From positions 41,170,001 to 41,234,000 of the forward strand of contig NC_058368.1 in the NCBI RefSeq assembly GCF_018350175.1: 64,000 nucleotides of DNA, given 5' to 3'. Below, one piece after another: positions 36,588-49,903 of this stretch. Numbering within the stretch: position 1 is the first letter of the stretch; each line of letters begins with the position of its first letter. Below the pieces are notes generated by a model. It worked only from the letters and a program-made list of their open reading frames with translations, did not search any database and was not told where the DNA came from. The stretch is from Felis catus (Eukaryota). A program made the translations under genes and the position numbers.

Positions 36588-36830
36588 GGAGCACCGTTGA
36601 GTGGCTCAGACGGTTAAGCATCTGACTCTTGAGCCACCAGTGAGTGGCTCAGGTCATGACCTCACAGCTTGTGGGATTGAGCCCAGCATTTGGCTCTGGC
36701 TGACAGCACAGATCCTGCTTGGAATTCTCTCTATCCTTCTCTCTCTCTGCTCATCCTCCGCTTGTAATGGCTCTCTTTCCCTCAAAATAAATAAATAAAC
36801 ATTTTTAAAAATAAAAAAATTTAAAAAAAC
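36588..36830 (+). mobile_element. Older Can-SINE with an internal insertion
   Basis: Head GTGGCTCAGACGGTTAAGCATCTGACTCTTG, body CCTGCTTGGAATTCTCTC, AATAAA tail. Confidence 0.9.
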
Positions 36831-36954
36831 CCCAAATTTTGTATGCTGCTGGTTACTATGTATCCTCAGATCTGAATTTGAACCTGGTTATTTATAAGAT
36901 GTAGAAGATAAAGCCTCAAAAAGAGAGACAAGAGTGAAAATTTTACTGTGGATT

Positions 36955-36989
36955 ATAGATGGATGGATAGATGATGATAGATAGATGAT

Positions 36990-37032
<43 letters not shown>

Positions 37033-37038
37033 GATAGA
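36955..37038. repeat. (GATA)n/(GGAT)n microsatellite
   Basis: Directly visible. Confidence 0.95.
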
Positions 37039-40000
37039 TTTTTTATTTTGTTGCACTTACTTTCCTGCCGGTAAAAAAGTATAAAATCCAAGGGGAAAAT
37101 ATTAAACACAAACTGAAGGCACAGGAGTGTCAGCCAAAGCAGGTAGAAGTTGGGGGAAATTCCACCTTTGAATGAAGAGAAGCATGCCGGATGGTATCTG
37201 GGTGTCACTGGCTTTGCCCAGGTCAGCACTGCAACTAAAGCATCAGCACAAGAGGGCATCCTTATAGGGCTGAGGAAGCACAAGTCAGCACAATTGCATC
37301 ACAACACAATATGAAACATACCCTTCCCCATTTCAAACATGTGAAATGTTTCCTCTTAGGTATACAAGAGCAATTTGGTGAAGAAAAAGCCATTGGTTGG
37401 GCACTTAACCCCACACGGTTCATGAAACCTCATGAAGGGTCTTCTTTTCTAGTTCCAGTCCTAATGGCCTCCTTACACTGTTTCCTAAAGGTACTTCTCC
37501 TTACTCTCCAGAGCCTGTTTGCATGCTGACCCCTTCATGTAATCATCTGTCATTTTAAAATCTTAGCTAGCCATTCATTTCTTTGGGGAATTTCCCCTGA
37601 CAACTCCAACAAGGACCAGTCCACTGGTTTCATAGAATTATGTAAATCTTATTGAAACACTTATCATAGTTTGTAATTTAAATTTATTTGATAGTTTTGA
37701 TGAATGCCTGTGTCCCCTACTGTCCTAGAGATCCTATGACAGGATCTTGCATATGGTATAAGTGCTAAATTACTATTGCAGGTTTCTGTGCCATTTTAGT
37801 CCTTTCTAACCAACCTGTAATATATCTGTATTTGTAAGAAAAACTAAGAACATTTAAAGATCATCATAGGAGGTCGGGATGTATATACATTCCTTCTGGA
37901 CCATAGTAAGAAAGGCTTTGAAGTAGGTGGTTAATGAATTTAGAATAAGATTCATTTGCTCTGTATGCAGTTTTCTTTATTAGAGCTTAGCTGCTTTGGT
38001 GATAACATGGAGGAAAGCAGACAGGTGAGTTTCTGGGAAATAAAGCTTCTTAAACAGGTGTACCAAAAAGGAGAAAGCCCTAGGGGTTATATTGTTGTCT
38101 GTCTCTGAAGGCTTTCTTAAAATAATGATACTGCAATGTTATCTCAGTTTTTTATACTCTTCTACTTGTACAAAATCATAATCATAAACAATATGTTTAG
38201 TTTCACAAGTAACTACTCTTGTTGCTTTACAGAGTTTAATAATAAGTAATAAATAAGTTTAATAATAAATAAATAAATTTAATAATAAATAATAAGTAAA
38301 ATGTTTACCATCTTTGTCCTATTGGCATAGTTCAAAGAGATTTGTTTTTGGCATGCACATCTACTTCTTGGTGCTTGTAGGTGCAAATTTTGAGTCATAG
38401 ATTTTTCAAAAATATGGTTTTGAGAACACTCTCCAGTCCAAATTTTACATAGTTCTATGCAATTCCCATTGAAGAATGTAAGAATGGCTCACATAAACAA
38501 AACTCATGGTTCACCATAAATACTAACTATCCATAAAACAGAAAGACCTTTTCAACTATTACCATCCCTGTTTGTTTACATTGGACCACCTTCTCCTAAT
38601 CATCCCTGGAAACCTCCACAGATGTCGAAGTATAGTCCGCAAACTACCACTTGTTGGAATATTTAAACATTTCAGGAGGTTTCCAAGTGTCCTGAAATTT
38701 TTTCATCAGCTGTAGGGAACTCAAAAAGATCTACTTTATTCATTAGTTCTACAAATCAATGGAGAATTCTTTGGGTCTGCTTCATGGTAAATGTAAGCTT
38801 ACAACCACTGGAGAAGGTGCTCGAGCATAGTCCTTTATAACACTGTCCAAGAGGGCATACTCTAATGCCTAGCAGTTTGAATGACCTGTGTGAAATCTTA
38901 AATTGCCATAATGCTAAATCATAGTGATAAATGTTGTCTGAAAGGATCTTTTATTCTGCTTGTTAAATGTTCAAAATGAAAGTATGTTATTTAAACCTAA
39001 GCGTTTTTTAGCATCCCTTAGAATAGGTTAGAAAATGTTAAGAAATCCAAAGTTTAAGAGCGTTCTTACATGTTTTTCTCTTTTTAACATGAGCTACAAA
39101 TTACAAATTTCATGAATCCCTAACCAAGATCTTCAAAGCAAAACAAAAACACATTCCATTTAGCTTATTGCATGGCCTCCACCTACTTAAAAAAGCAGCA
39201 ATTCAAAATATTTTCACTTATTGAAAAAATACTTAACCTGATCACCATAACTAACAGATGCTGAAGATGAGAACATATGGTTCATTCATAGCACCTAAAA
39301 TTAAACTTTAAAACTCTACTGTTTGTCTCATTTTTTTTTTTATGGAGAAACTCTAGCTTTTATATTTCAACATTACATTGTTATGTTTCATTGTCTACCT
39401 AGAGAAAGGATCTTTTCAATGTCTTCATCAGTCATAGTTTGAACAATTATAGAGAAAAATGATAGACCTGAAGTTAATAGGAAACAGTTAGAAATTACCC
39501 TTTTTAATCATGGCTGCTTATTTAACTTTAAAGCCATTACATTGAATTAATGTAATAAAAATCAATCACTCTATATTATGGCTGTTGTAGAAGATAATAG
39601 AAACTTAAGAAAATCAATTTAGCTTTTGTGCCATTTGATATGATACATGTGGTTTGTGATAGCTAAGGAAGTAAAGAAAGGTCTTTGGTAACTACTCATA
39701 GTAATGGTGATAATTCAAATCCACATTATTCCAAGGAACCTGTGTTATAATCTGACTTTTGTCAGTTGAAAGAAAAATCCACTTTTATTATTTAAATCAC
39801 TTAATTTTACATACTGTGGATGCCTTTTTAAAAAGCACAGTTTAATAATCATATCTAGGCATATTATTTTAATTTGTATTTAAAACAATCAAAGACGTTG
39901 CTTTTACTGGCAATTAAACTGAATAACTGAAATTTCTGATAATGGCCCTGACTTTTAATTTAAGTTAATGGGTGATGTTTAAGTATAATCATAGATTAAG

Positions 40001-40334
40001 AATAGATTTAAAGAATTCATTTTGTCTATTATCATTTCCTCAGATATGACAATACCTAAATGTACTTTCAGCATAATTATGACTCTGAATTGTAGGCAAT
40101 AAATAATGCTTTAATAAATTACTTTATATGTAACATTATTCATTTTAAATATGCAAGTAGGATAAATGTTATGTTTACATATATTTATAAATAATATTTC
40201 ATATTTACAGATAATGCTATTGGCAAAGTATGTTATTCTCAATTTTTTAAAATATTTCCCTTGGAGTAAACACATAAAATTTTGTGGTAAAGCATCCAGA
40301 TACTTTTTTGAGAGATCGTGTTGTAGGAATTCAA

Positions 40335-40522
40335 AAGGAAGGAAGGAAGGAAGGAAGGAAGGAAGGAAGGAAGGAAGGAAGGAAGGAAAAAAGGAAGAAG
40401 GGAAAGGAGGGGAAAGGAAGAAAGAAATAAAAGAAAAAAGAAAAGAACAGAAAACAAAAGAAAAGAAAAAAGAATAAGAAAGAAGAGAAGGAGAGAGGGA
40501 GGAAGAGGGGAGGGAGGAAGAA
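40335..40522. repeat. (GGAA)n plus purine-rich low-complexity tract
   Basis: Directly visible. Confidence 0.93.
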
Positions 40523-40550
40523 AATGTTGCTTTCAAAACCTTTCATATCA

Positions 40551-40747
40551 GGGGCGCCGGGGTGGCTCAGTCGTTTAAGCATCTGACTTCAGCTCAGGTC
40601 ATGATCTCGTGGTTCATGAGTTGTCAGGCTCTGTGCTGACAGCTCAGAACCTGGAGCCTGCTTCGGATTCTGTGTCTCCCTCTTTCTCTGACCCTCCCAC
40701 ACTCGTGCTCTATCTCTCTGCCTCAAAAATAAACATTAAAAAATTTA
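40551..40747 (+). mobile_element. Feline Can-SINE with B-box deletion
   Basis: GAGTT joined to GTCAGG, lacking the CGAGCCCCGC segment seen in other copies; degenerate TSD AAAACCTTTCATATCA / AAAATATTTTATATCA. Confidence 0.92.
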
Positions 40748-41304
40748 AAAATATTTTATATCAGTGCTAAATAATAATTTATTATGTCATATTTGCTTAA
40801 TTTAATGTTTTTACATTAATTGGTAGTACTTACTATAAGCCACTGCTATTTTTGTAATGATAGACTATGTTTTCTATCCATTAACAAAACTATTTTAAAG
40901 AATGCCTTCTAATTTCCTAATCCCAAGTGCCATTTGTGAACATGTCCTATTAAATTCGATGTCTTGATCTATAATAAACATTATTTAAAAATAGCAAGAG
41001 CATTTATATAACACATTATCTGGTGGTACTCTTCTTACTTGCTATTGATCTTTAGCTCCATCAGTCATTAGTTGACTACTAAAATGTCTAGATGTAACTG
41101 AGGCAATGATTCCACAGGGGACCTAAGACATGATCTTTTATGGCACAGTGTATCATCCGTATGTATTATTTTTCTCATCAAAAACCATTCATAAAACATC
41201 AAATCAGGGAATGAAATAAATATTTATTGAATATATTATATGCAAACCTGAAGCTAAATATAATAGGCATAGAGAGTTTCAAAACAGATGGTAAAAGAAA
41301 AATA

Positions 41305-42090
41305 CCTTGGAATATTTTGGATAACAGTTCTTTATCAGATATGTATTATGCAAATATTTTCTCCCAATGTGGCTTGTGTTTTTGTTCTCTTAACAGTATT
41401 TTTAATGGAGTTAAACATTTTAATTTTAGTGGAGTCAGGCTTATCCATTCTTTCTTTCATGGATCATGCTTTTAGTGTTATAGTCAAAAAAGTCATCACT
41501 GAACTCAAAGTCATCCAGATTTTCTCTTATGGTATCTTCAGGGAGTTTTAGATTTTGCAGTTTTGTACTAAATTTTGTGGTACATTTTGAATTAATTGAT
41601 TTATTGAGAAAAAATCAATAGAGACATTGATTTTATTGATCTTTCTACTTACATAGGTGGAGGTTTAGATTATTGATTTTACATTTTTTTTCTAGTATAT
41701 ATGTATTTAATGCTATAAATTTCCCTCTAAGTACTGCCTTCCCTGAATCCCACAAATTTTGACAGGTTGTGTTTTTATTTTCATCTCATTCAAAACATTT
41801 GTCGTTTGTCTTGAGATTTATTCCTTTACACCTCTGTTATTTAGAGGTGTGTGGTTTAATCTTCAAGAATTTGAGGAGTGTTCCAGTTATCTTTGAATTA
41901 TCAATTTCTAGTTTAATTGCATTGTGGTCTGAGAGAAGATTGTATTATTTCTATTCTTTTAAATTTGTTAAGGTGTATTTTATGTACCAAAATATGGTGT
42001 ATTTTGGTTCCTTATGAACTTGAGAAGAATGTGTAATGTGCTGTGGTTGGATGAGTAGTTTATACATGTCAATTATATCCAGTTGATTGA
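41305..42090 (-). mobile_element. Old L1 ORF2 fragments (two joined segments)
   Basis: TTTATCAGATATGTATTATGCAAATATTTTCTCCC; GCTATAAATTTCCCTCTAAGTACTGC; GCATTGTGGTCTGAGA. Confidence 0.8.
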
Positions 42091-42949
42091 TTAAAATGTC
42101 AACAGTATTTTTTTTCCCACTGAAGACTGTAGATTATAATCAGTTAATCTTTTCCAAAAAAATGTAACAAAGGTAAATTACTATTTAGGAACTGATCATT
42201 AATTTCAACTTTAATTGTGTGTTAATACATGTTAATATTCTATTCTAGAATAACATGTTAACACTCTGCTTCTACCTTTTACCCCCAAAATTGAAATTGC
42301 CCCAACTTCCAAGAGAAACATCCTCCATAATTTTCAACTACAATTTCACATTTTATTTCTAGTTTTATCAATGTTGAGATAGAAATACGGTTTTCTGACT
42401 TAGCAGATATCTTAAATATTTACACATTATGTTCTGTAATAAATTATACATTATCAAAAATCTCATTTATTAATGTCCCTATTGATTACATCCTCAGAAA
42501 ATTCTTTTGCATATTGTTGTTTTCCATGAAGTGGAACGTTGTCCATTTTTAACAAAATGTCTGCCAGATATCCACAAGTGAATAATCATAGGTTTTTGTC
42601 AAGTTGTTTTTTCAATAAAAATGGTTAGCGATGGATCAGGGAGGATGTGTTTGAGCTTGCAACTCAAAGAATGTCTTATGTGCTTTTCCTGGGGAGAACT
42701 ATTATAATTTGGTATGAAACAGAAGTACATTTCCTCACAGAATATTTTAAAATAAAAGGATATTAAAATTTTAATATTAAAAAAACAAAATACTTGATAT
42801 TTAAAGAAATTTATAAAAATGTGTATTCAATACAGAGATTTTAAAAATATTTGTTTCTGATTCAAAAGAACATTAAGTGAATGTACATTATATATTCTAT
42901 ATATAATAATATATAATACATATTATATACATACATATATATATATATA

Positions 42950-43280
42950 TAAAGGTACCTACTACTGTTTTTGCATATTCAGTGAAAATATTAACACAAT
43001 GAAAAAGGCAAGTAAGTATTATTTCTTTTAATGTTTATTCATCTTTGAGAGAGAGAGAGTGTGTGAGTGGGCAAGGGGCAGAGACAGGGGGAGACATAGA
43101 ATCTGAAGCAGGCTCCAGGCTCTGAGCTGTCAGCACAGAGCCTGATGTGGGGCTTGAAGCCACTAACCACATGATAGTGACATGAGACGAAGTCGGCTCA
43201 ACTGACTGAACCACCCAGGCTCCCCAAAAGGCAAGTAATTCCTAGCATTATTATTTTAGAAGTTTTGACTTTGTGACCAC
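42950..43280. mobile_element. hAT-Charlie-like DNA transposon fragment, split by a SINE
   Basis: GAAAAAGGCAAGTAA..CTAGCATTATTAT..GTTTTGAC resembles Charlie-family ends. Confidence 0.4.
43016..43225 (-). mobile_element. Feline Can-SINE
   Basis: TSD AAAAGGCAAGTAA at 43003-43015 and 43226-43238. Confidence 0.95.
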
Positions 43281-43766
43281 CTTATCATAGATTTATGATT
43301 TTTTAAAGCTTTACAGAAATTATTTGTATCTCTTCTGGATAAAATGATTTATAACATATTTATGTTTTAAATATTAATATAAACTATTTATTTGTAGTGT
43401 TAAGCAATGGTAAATTTTAAGGTTAGCAAGAACATATCTCTATGCAAAAGATAATCAGAGACTATTATGAACAACCTAGGATTACATTTACAAATGCAGT
43501 TAGAATCAATAAATTCCTAAGAAAATATAAATAATCAAATTTGAAGTAAAAAACAGAAAATTAAAATGTTGCTATAAACATTACAATACTGTACCAATAA
43601 TTTAAAATGCATTTTCAAAGATAATGCCACCTCACTGTTTTAATGAGTTCTTTTAAATATGTAGTGAAGAACCAATTCCAATTTTATGCAAACTCAGAAA
43701 GAAAATAATTGGAAAATACATACAAAAATTGTTAAGTACAAAGTATACTTTAAATGTTAATGTTTA

Positions 43767-44229
43767 GGGGAACCTGGGTGGCTCATTTGGTTAAGCATCC
43801 AACTTCGGCTCAGGTCATGGTCTCATGGCTTATGACTTCAAGCCCAGCGTCAGGCTCTGTGTTGACAGCTCAGAGCCTGGAACCTAACTCAGATTCTGTG
43901 TCCCTCTCTTGCTCTGCCCCTCCCCCGCTCATGCTCTGTCTCTCTCTCTCTCTCTCAAGAATAGACAACACAGGGGCGCCTGGGTGGCGCAGTCGGTTAA
44001 GCGTCCGACTTCAGCCAGGTCACGATCTCGCGGTCCGTGAGTTCGAGCCCCGCGTCAGGCTCTGGGCTGATGGCTCAGAGCCTGGAGCCTGTTTCCGATT
44101 CTGTGTCTCCCTCTCTCTCTGCCCCTCCCCCGTTCATGCTCTGTCTCTCTCTGTCCCCAAAATAAATAAACGTTGAAAAAAAAATTAAAAAAAAAAAGAA
44201 TAGACAACACATTTTTTAATATTAAAAAA
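43767..44229 (+). mobile_element. Older Can-SINE, host of a nested SINE
   Basis: 16-bp TSD TAAATGTTAATGTTTA at 43751-43766 and 44230-44245. Confidence 0.95.
43973..44195 (+). mobile_element. Very young feline Can-SINE nested in the host SINE tail
   Basis: Perfect 16-bp TSD AAGAATAGACAACACA at 43957-43972 and 44196-44211; CpGs intact; long A-tail. Confidence 0.98.
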
Positions 44230-44461
44230 TAAATGTTAATGTTTAATCAACAGAAAATCATAAATATCAATTATTAAAACATACTTCTCATCTTCCAAGA
44301 TGATTATATCTAACATGACTTAATGAAGAGTACTTTGTAGAAAAACCTTTGACATACAGTCACCACACATATTCAAACACATATATACACCTATCAACAA
44401 TACAGTAGAAGCATCCGAATGCCAATGTTGGCTTTTCTGTTATGTGCTTTGCAACACTCTG

Positions 44462-44830
44462 TGTAGTGTAGATGTGTCTCCTAGGTCCCCATTCAAGGAA
44501 AGACGTCTTAATTGCTGAAAGTACTGTCAGCAGACATTTTATAGCTATGAACAACCCCCCCGCCGCGGGAATTGCGGGAATTGCTTCCAGTGCAGAGGCT
44601 ACCATGCTCAAGATCATTTCACATCCTTTTAAGGATTTCTCCTGTCCAATGGCTGAGGGGCCATTTTACTTCTACAAGTTTATGTGAGGTCAGCAGAAGC
44701 TGTTGCACCTCCACTGCAGCTCATTTTCTCTGCCCAATCCTGTTCCTCACGTCCCTTCCACAGGGTCTATCTTAATATTTGCAGATTAAACTCAACACGG
44801 AACATGTTTCCCAAGGATCCAGATATCAGC
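44462..44830 (+). mobile_element. LTR16A-like ERV-L LTR
   Basis: CCCCATTCAAGGA..TCAGCAGACA..TCCAATGGCTGA..CTCTGCCCAATCCTG..CCCTTCCACAGG. Confidence 0.65.
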
Positions 44831-47583
44831 ACTTATGCCTGACTCAATGGGCAAAAGACCTACATAAATATATCCCTATATAAAAATCATAGAGAAATTG
44901 TGAATAGATTCTTTGTACTTCCCTCCCTTCAGAATTAAAAAAACAAGCCATTCAAGAAAAATACATGTATCTGAGATAGATATCAAATATGAAGTATTTT
45001 CTGTTATGAATAAAGGCTTTGGTAGGGGAATGTTCTTCTTAGAAGCTGTGTTACATAGTTGATGACAACCTGGGAAAGAGACTTCTCAATTTCAAGATAC
45101 ATGATTTATAAGATTTCTTCCAGAAAAAAAAAAGAGAACTCATTTTCCTATAGAAGGAGTAAGAAGTTAAGTAATAAGGATGATTTCAAAGACCATCCTA
45201 TTTGATATATACAAGAAATCCCCAACTAGTACTAGGTAGAAGTAAACTCTAGAAATAGTCTTATTTTTTAAAAATTACACTGTAGGGATTACATGTACAG
45301 CTGTCACACACTTTGACCCCACACTATTATTTTCATTGCATGCTTCAATCTTACAGTAAGTGTATATTGAACATATTACCTGTATTTTACTAACATACAT
45401 ATAACATATGTAATTTACATTTTAGTTTAAAGTATATTTTGAAATGTACGGTATTGTATCTTACAAAAAGAAATATAAGTTGTAAGAGCACTTAATTGAA
45501 AACTAAATTAGCTGGTAACTTCTAAATTTCATTTTGAGAATAAATACATTGAGAAAAAGTGACAGCTCTCGAGAGAGAAAAGCAATTTTTTAGTAAATAC
45601 ACTGTCAGTGTAGTGTAATATGCTGCCTATGCTTCTATACCACCTAAATTCTTAAGCCAAAAAATTAAGTTAGTTTTACACAAAATTATGGAGGCCAGGT
45701 GATTATGCAAAACTTATGACTTACGCAAATCTAAGCTCCTATTCCAATATTTGAAATTAGATTTTCTAACTCCAAATATAGTAACCTTGACTTTATCCCA
45801 TGGCTGAATGAATAAAAAGCTTCTGGAAATAAGTTTGGTGAAAAGTTGACAAAGCTGGGGTTCTTCATCATATATATATATACATGTATATATATATATA
45901 TAACATGTATATATATATAATTAAAAATAAAATATAGATATTGCCCATGAAGATTGACATTTTAATTAAAGATATTTCCCCTTTTTATCCTTGTTGATAA
46001 TTTCAGTATCTATTGTATTCTCACAAAACCTCAATTATGTTTGCCTATTTACTATAATTAAAAATGTCCATTAGGCTATTTTAATAAATTATTTGGTAAA
46101 CTTAAACATGTTCTCAGATATTACAGAAGCCAACAAATGCAGGTGTAAGAAATGTCAATTGCATAGATATCACCCACTTAATCCTTTAGGTCAGGGTACC
46201 CATTTTAAATGTGTGCACCATTGTTTAGGGTTTGCTCAATCAGTTTTATTTAATTCAGTTTTTATAGGTTGCCACATGAGCAATAAATCATGAGTCTTTT
46301 TTATTCTTTGTGGTGTCAAAAAAATAATGCAGCTATTTATATAAATATAAAATATGCAGATACATAATTAGATAGTGATTCTAATTAGTATCTTTCTTGA
46401 TAGTAACAATAAACATAGTCAATTGATGACATAATGTATCCTAACACAATTCTAATAATTATTAATAGTATACAGCTGCAATCAATCATTACAAATATGA
46501 CTTTACAGGTAAATCCCTCTTCCCGTACACAAAATAATTTTTGTCATGTATGTCTTTTATAAGAGGAAAATATGGAATAAATGCAACATTTAGGGTACAA
46601 AAGTAGAAAATTCATTTCTTGGTGATAATTATTTTAATTGGTAAAATACCATTTTTTGTTATAATATTTACCATCAAGGGGAAAATAAGGGGCAGATGAC
46701 ATTTAGCATACATAAAATTTCTTTACTTGCCAACAGATGTACTTTAACTGAAACATCTGTTTGCTCTTTATTTTTTATTTTTTTGGTGTCTATTCATGTG
46801 TGTGAGTATATAATTTATATTAGTTTATAAAATTATCCTAAGAAAACACTAAATATTTTAAAGGGATTGCAGCTTTGGAGAAATTTGGTGATAATTTGAA
46901 TGGATGCTATACTGTGGAGAAGCAGATTCAGAAGAATTTTCAAGATGTTTATGTCCTTGAGATGCTAAGAATGTATTAAATATGTGTACAGTCCATTCAT
47001 TCCTGGGAAGTATTAGTAGTATTTGTGTGCAGTTATGATTTCAGTCTGATAAGACTAAAGAAGATGAATCCTAAAGAAGATGAATCACAATAAATTTGTT
47101 TTATTTGAATCCTAAGTAATAAGAAAAGATTTTTTTATCATTATGCAAAAATGAAGGTAATTTATTTTTAAAAATTAGCTGTTTTTAGAAAGAAAATACT
47201 CATGTCATATCCTGTAGTTAATGAACTTCTTCAAAATTTTCTGTAAATTCAGCATCAACAAATAGCAGTCAATGAAAGAGAAGACTTCAAATATTTCTTT
47301 AAAATTTCATTACTGTGAAGTGTCCAAAATAATTATCAAACTCACAAAAAACATTATTCCAGTTTGACATTATTGAAGTTTCCTCATTCACTGTCTGTGA
47401 CCTGCTTCCTCCACCAAAACAGATACTTTGAAAATATGATCTCGTAGATAGTTCCAAGGTACAGGTTACAAATGAGAAAATTTTGATTCATCTGGAATTT
47501 ACTTCAGGACCAACATTGCCTTGTTAATTATTTTGAAATTCCTAACTTATTGCACTGGCTATTTGGTGAATAATTTTCTTCTT

Positions 47584-47793
47584 CTTTTTTTAACATTTAT
47601 TTATTTTTGAGAGGGAGAGAGAAACAGAGCACGAGCTGGGGAGGGGCAGAGATAGAGGGAGACACAGAATCCAAAGCAGTTTCCATGCTCTGAGCTGTCG
47701 CAGGAGCCCAACTTGGGGCTCGAACCAATGAACCGTGAGATCATGATTTGAACTGAAGTCAGATGCTTAACTGACTGAGCCACCCAGGCACCC
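47584..47793 (-). mobile_element. Feline Can-SINE
   Basis: TSD TAATTTTCTTCTT at 47571-47583 and 47794-47806. Confidence 0.95.
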
Positions 47794-48283
47794 TAATTTT
47801 CTTCTTAAGTGGTGAGGCCCTTTAACCAGGTCTCCACTCCTTCCCCAGGCACACAGGAAAATTACTTTTGCATTTATGTGGAACACATGACTTAGGTTTG
47901 TATTTCCCTCCAATTTAAGGGTTTTCTAAAGATATACTTCAACAGTGGCAATTTGTCCTACAGTAATCTTCTTCCCTTGTCTCACTACCACTCCTCACTA
48001 ACTCATTCTCAGCCATTCCCATTCCATTTACATATCCTGGAAGGAAACAGCTGGCATGACTGTGGGGGCGGGCTATGGCACTGTTAGTGTCCAGCTGGAA
48101 AGAAAACCTCAACTGAGCTCTTGGAGTATGTTATTTCCCCAGCCTTCATATCCCTCTACAGTATTTTGCCTTATATATTTTCTCATTTAACTTCCTTTCT
48201 GCTAAATTCCTATTTACTGAAGGAGATAATTAGCTCTGGGTGATGATGATAATTTTGTTTCACTCTCCAGTTATCTTCTCAAT

Positions 48284-48286
<3 letters not shown>

Positions 48287-48327
<41 letters not shown>
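48287..48327. repeat. (CA)n microsatellite
   Basis: Directly visible. Confidence 0.95.
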
Positions 48328-48329
<2 letters not shown>

Positions 48330-49176
48330 TGCTTAGTAGTTTTCCATGCCTTGTGGAAAAATGCAAACTTTACAAGTAGTTTCTGTCATTAGGATGTTTG
48401 GGATTTGTGTATCTATTCCCAGAATTTCTGCCTAACCTAACCATCTACTTCACTCTAAATTAAGAGTAAAAAAAAAATTACAGGATTTCTGTCTGATTAA
48501 TTTTTGTCTTTCTTGCCATTCTCACAAAACTTTTTGTGTAGTCTATTTGAGGGGAGAATGGACAGGATTAAAAGGTAACAAATTTATCTTTGCCTTTCCT
48601 TGCCTACCAAATCAACTTGGAAAAATAGGCAATGAGATGGACTCTTCTTTGTTTTCTGCTTGAATTATTGTGATATATAGATCTAGATTTATTGATAAAG
48701 AGATACAGATATACAGATTTAAATCATTAGTGTTTTACTTTTCACTTTCCCCCCCAAATATTTTACAGTGTCGAGTAGGGTTTATTTTTTGTGGCTTACT
48801 CTGCCGACATAAATGGTAATTTGGCAAAAAAAATTGGGCTTATAGAACTTTAATTGGACTCAAATATCTTAATTTTGTACTATGTGAGTTGTTTTTTTAT
48901 TTATATGTATCAATACAGTTTATATATGCCTTTAGGCATAATACCACCCAAAAACATGTCCATGAAACAATCCTGTTTGTTCTTATTGTTAGTTTGGTAG
49001 AGTCTTCGTAACACCCAAAGCAGGGGGAACAACGTCATGATAATTTTGAACTTTTAAGTCTTGTTTAAATTAGGTCTCAGGACACAAGGACTTCATTAAT
49101 TTTTTTTGGTAAGAATCATAATAAAATAGCTGATTATTAGTGGGCTTGGTAAACAAATATTTTTGACTTCAGTGTT

Positions 49177-49365
49177 GTGTGTGTGTTTTTTTTTAATTTG
49201 TTAATGTTTAGTTTTGAGAAAGAGAGAGAGGGAGACACAGAATCGAAAACAGGCTCCAGCACATAGCTGTCAGCACAGAGCCCGATGTGGGCTTGAACTC
49301 ATGAGCCCTGATCATGACCTGAGCCGAAGTCAGACGCCCAACCGACTGAACCACCCTGGTACCCC
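49177..49365 (-). mobile_element. Feline Can-SINE, shortened body
   Basis: TSD TTGACTTCAGTGTT (49163-49176) and TTGACTTGGGTGTT (49366-49379). Confidence 0.92.
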
Positions 49366-49649
49366 TTGACTTGGGTGTTTTAAAAAGTCTTGGGGAATAA
49401 ACAGTCACTTAATACTATCTTGAAAAATGGAAACTTTAATGTTTATACACATGGGTTTTTCAAGACAATGAAGTTATTTGCAATTTGTATGTCACTTATC
49501 AAGAGTTTTGCTGAAGTAAAAGTATAATTTCATATTGATGAAGATAGTATATAATAATTAATGCATGTTGGAAGAAAATGAGAGCTTTGTGGCTGTAGAT
49601 GGTTTTGATTATCTTAATGCATAACTTTAAAAAAGCATATTATGTTTAA

Positions 49650-49709
49650 ATTTTTTAACATTTATTTATTTTTGAGAGACAGAGAGAGGCAGACCATGAG
49701 CAGGGGAGG

Positions 49710-49755
<46 letters not shown>

Positions 49756-49903
49756 CATAGAGACATACAGAATCTGAAGCAGGCGCCAAGCTCTGAACTG
49801 TTTGTTGGCACAGAGCCCGCCGCGGGGCTCGAATTCACGAACTGCAAGACCATGACCTGAGCTGAAGTTGGACGCTCAACCGATTGAGCCACCCAGGCTC
49901 CCC
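49650..49903 (-). mobile_element. Feline Can-SINE with expanded (GA)n
   Basis: Full head and body; flanks share TATGTTTAA. Confidence 0.94.

Noticed and set aside
43754..44176. 140-aa ORF and similar SINE-spanning ORFs
   Set aside because: Read-through of Can-SINE sequence.
46732..46761. Short hairpins here and at about 57174, 58576 and 59986
   Set aside because: Stems of 8-9 bp are expected by chance in 64 kb of AT-rich DNA. The 59986 palindrome may derive from a self-complementary CG-rich SINE segment.
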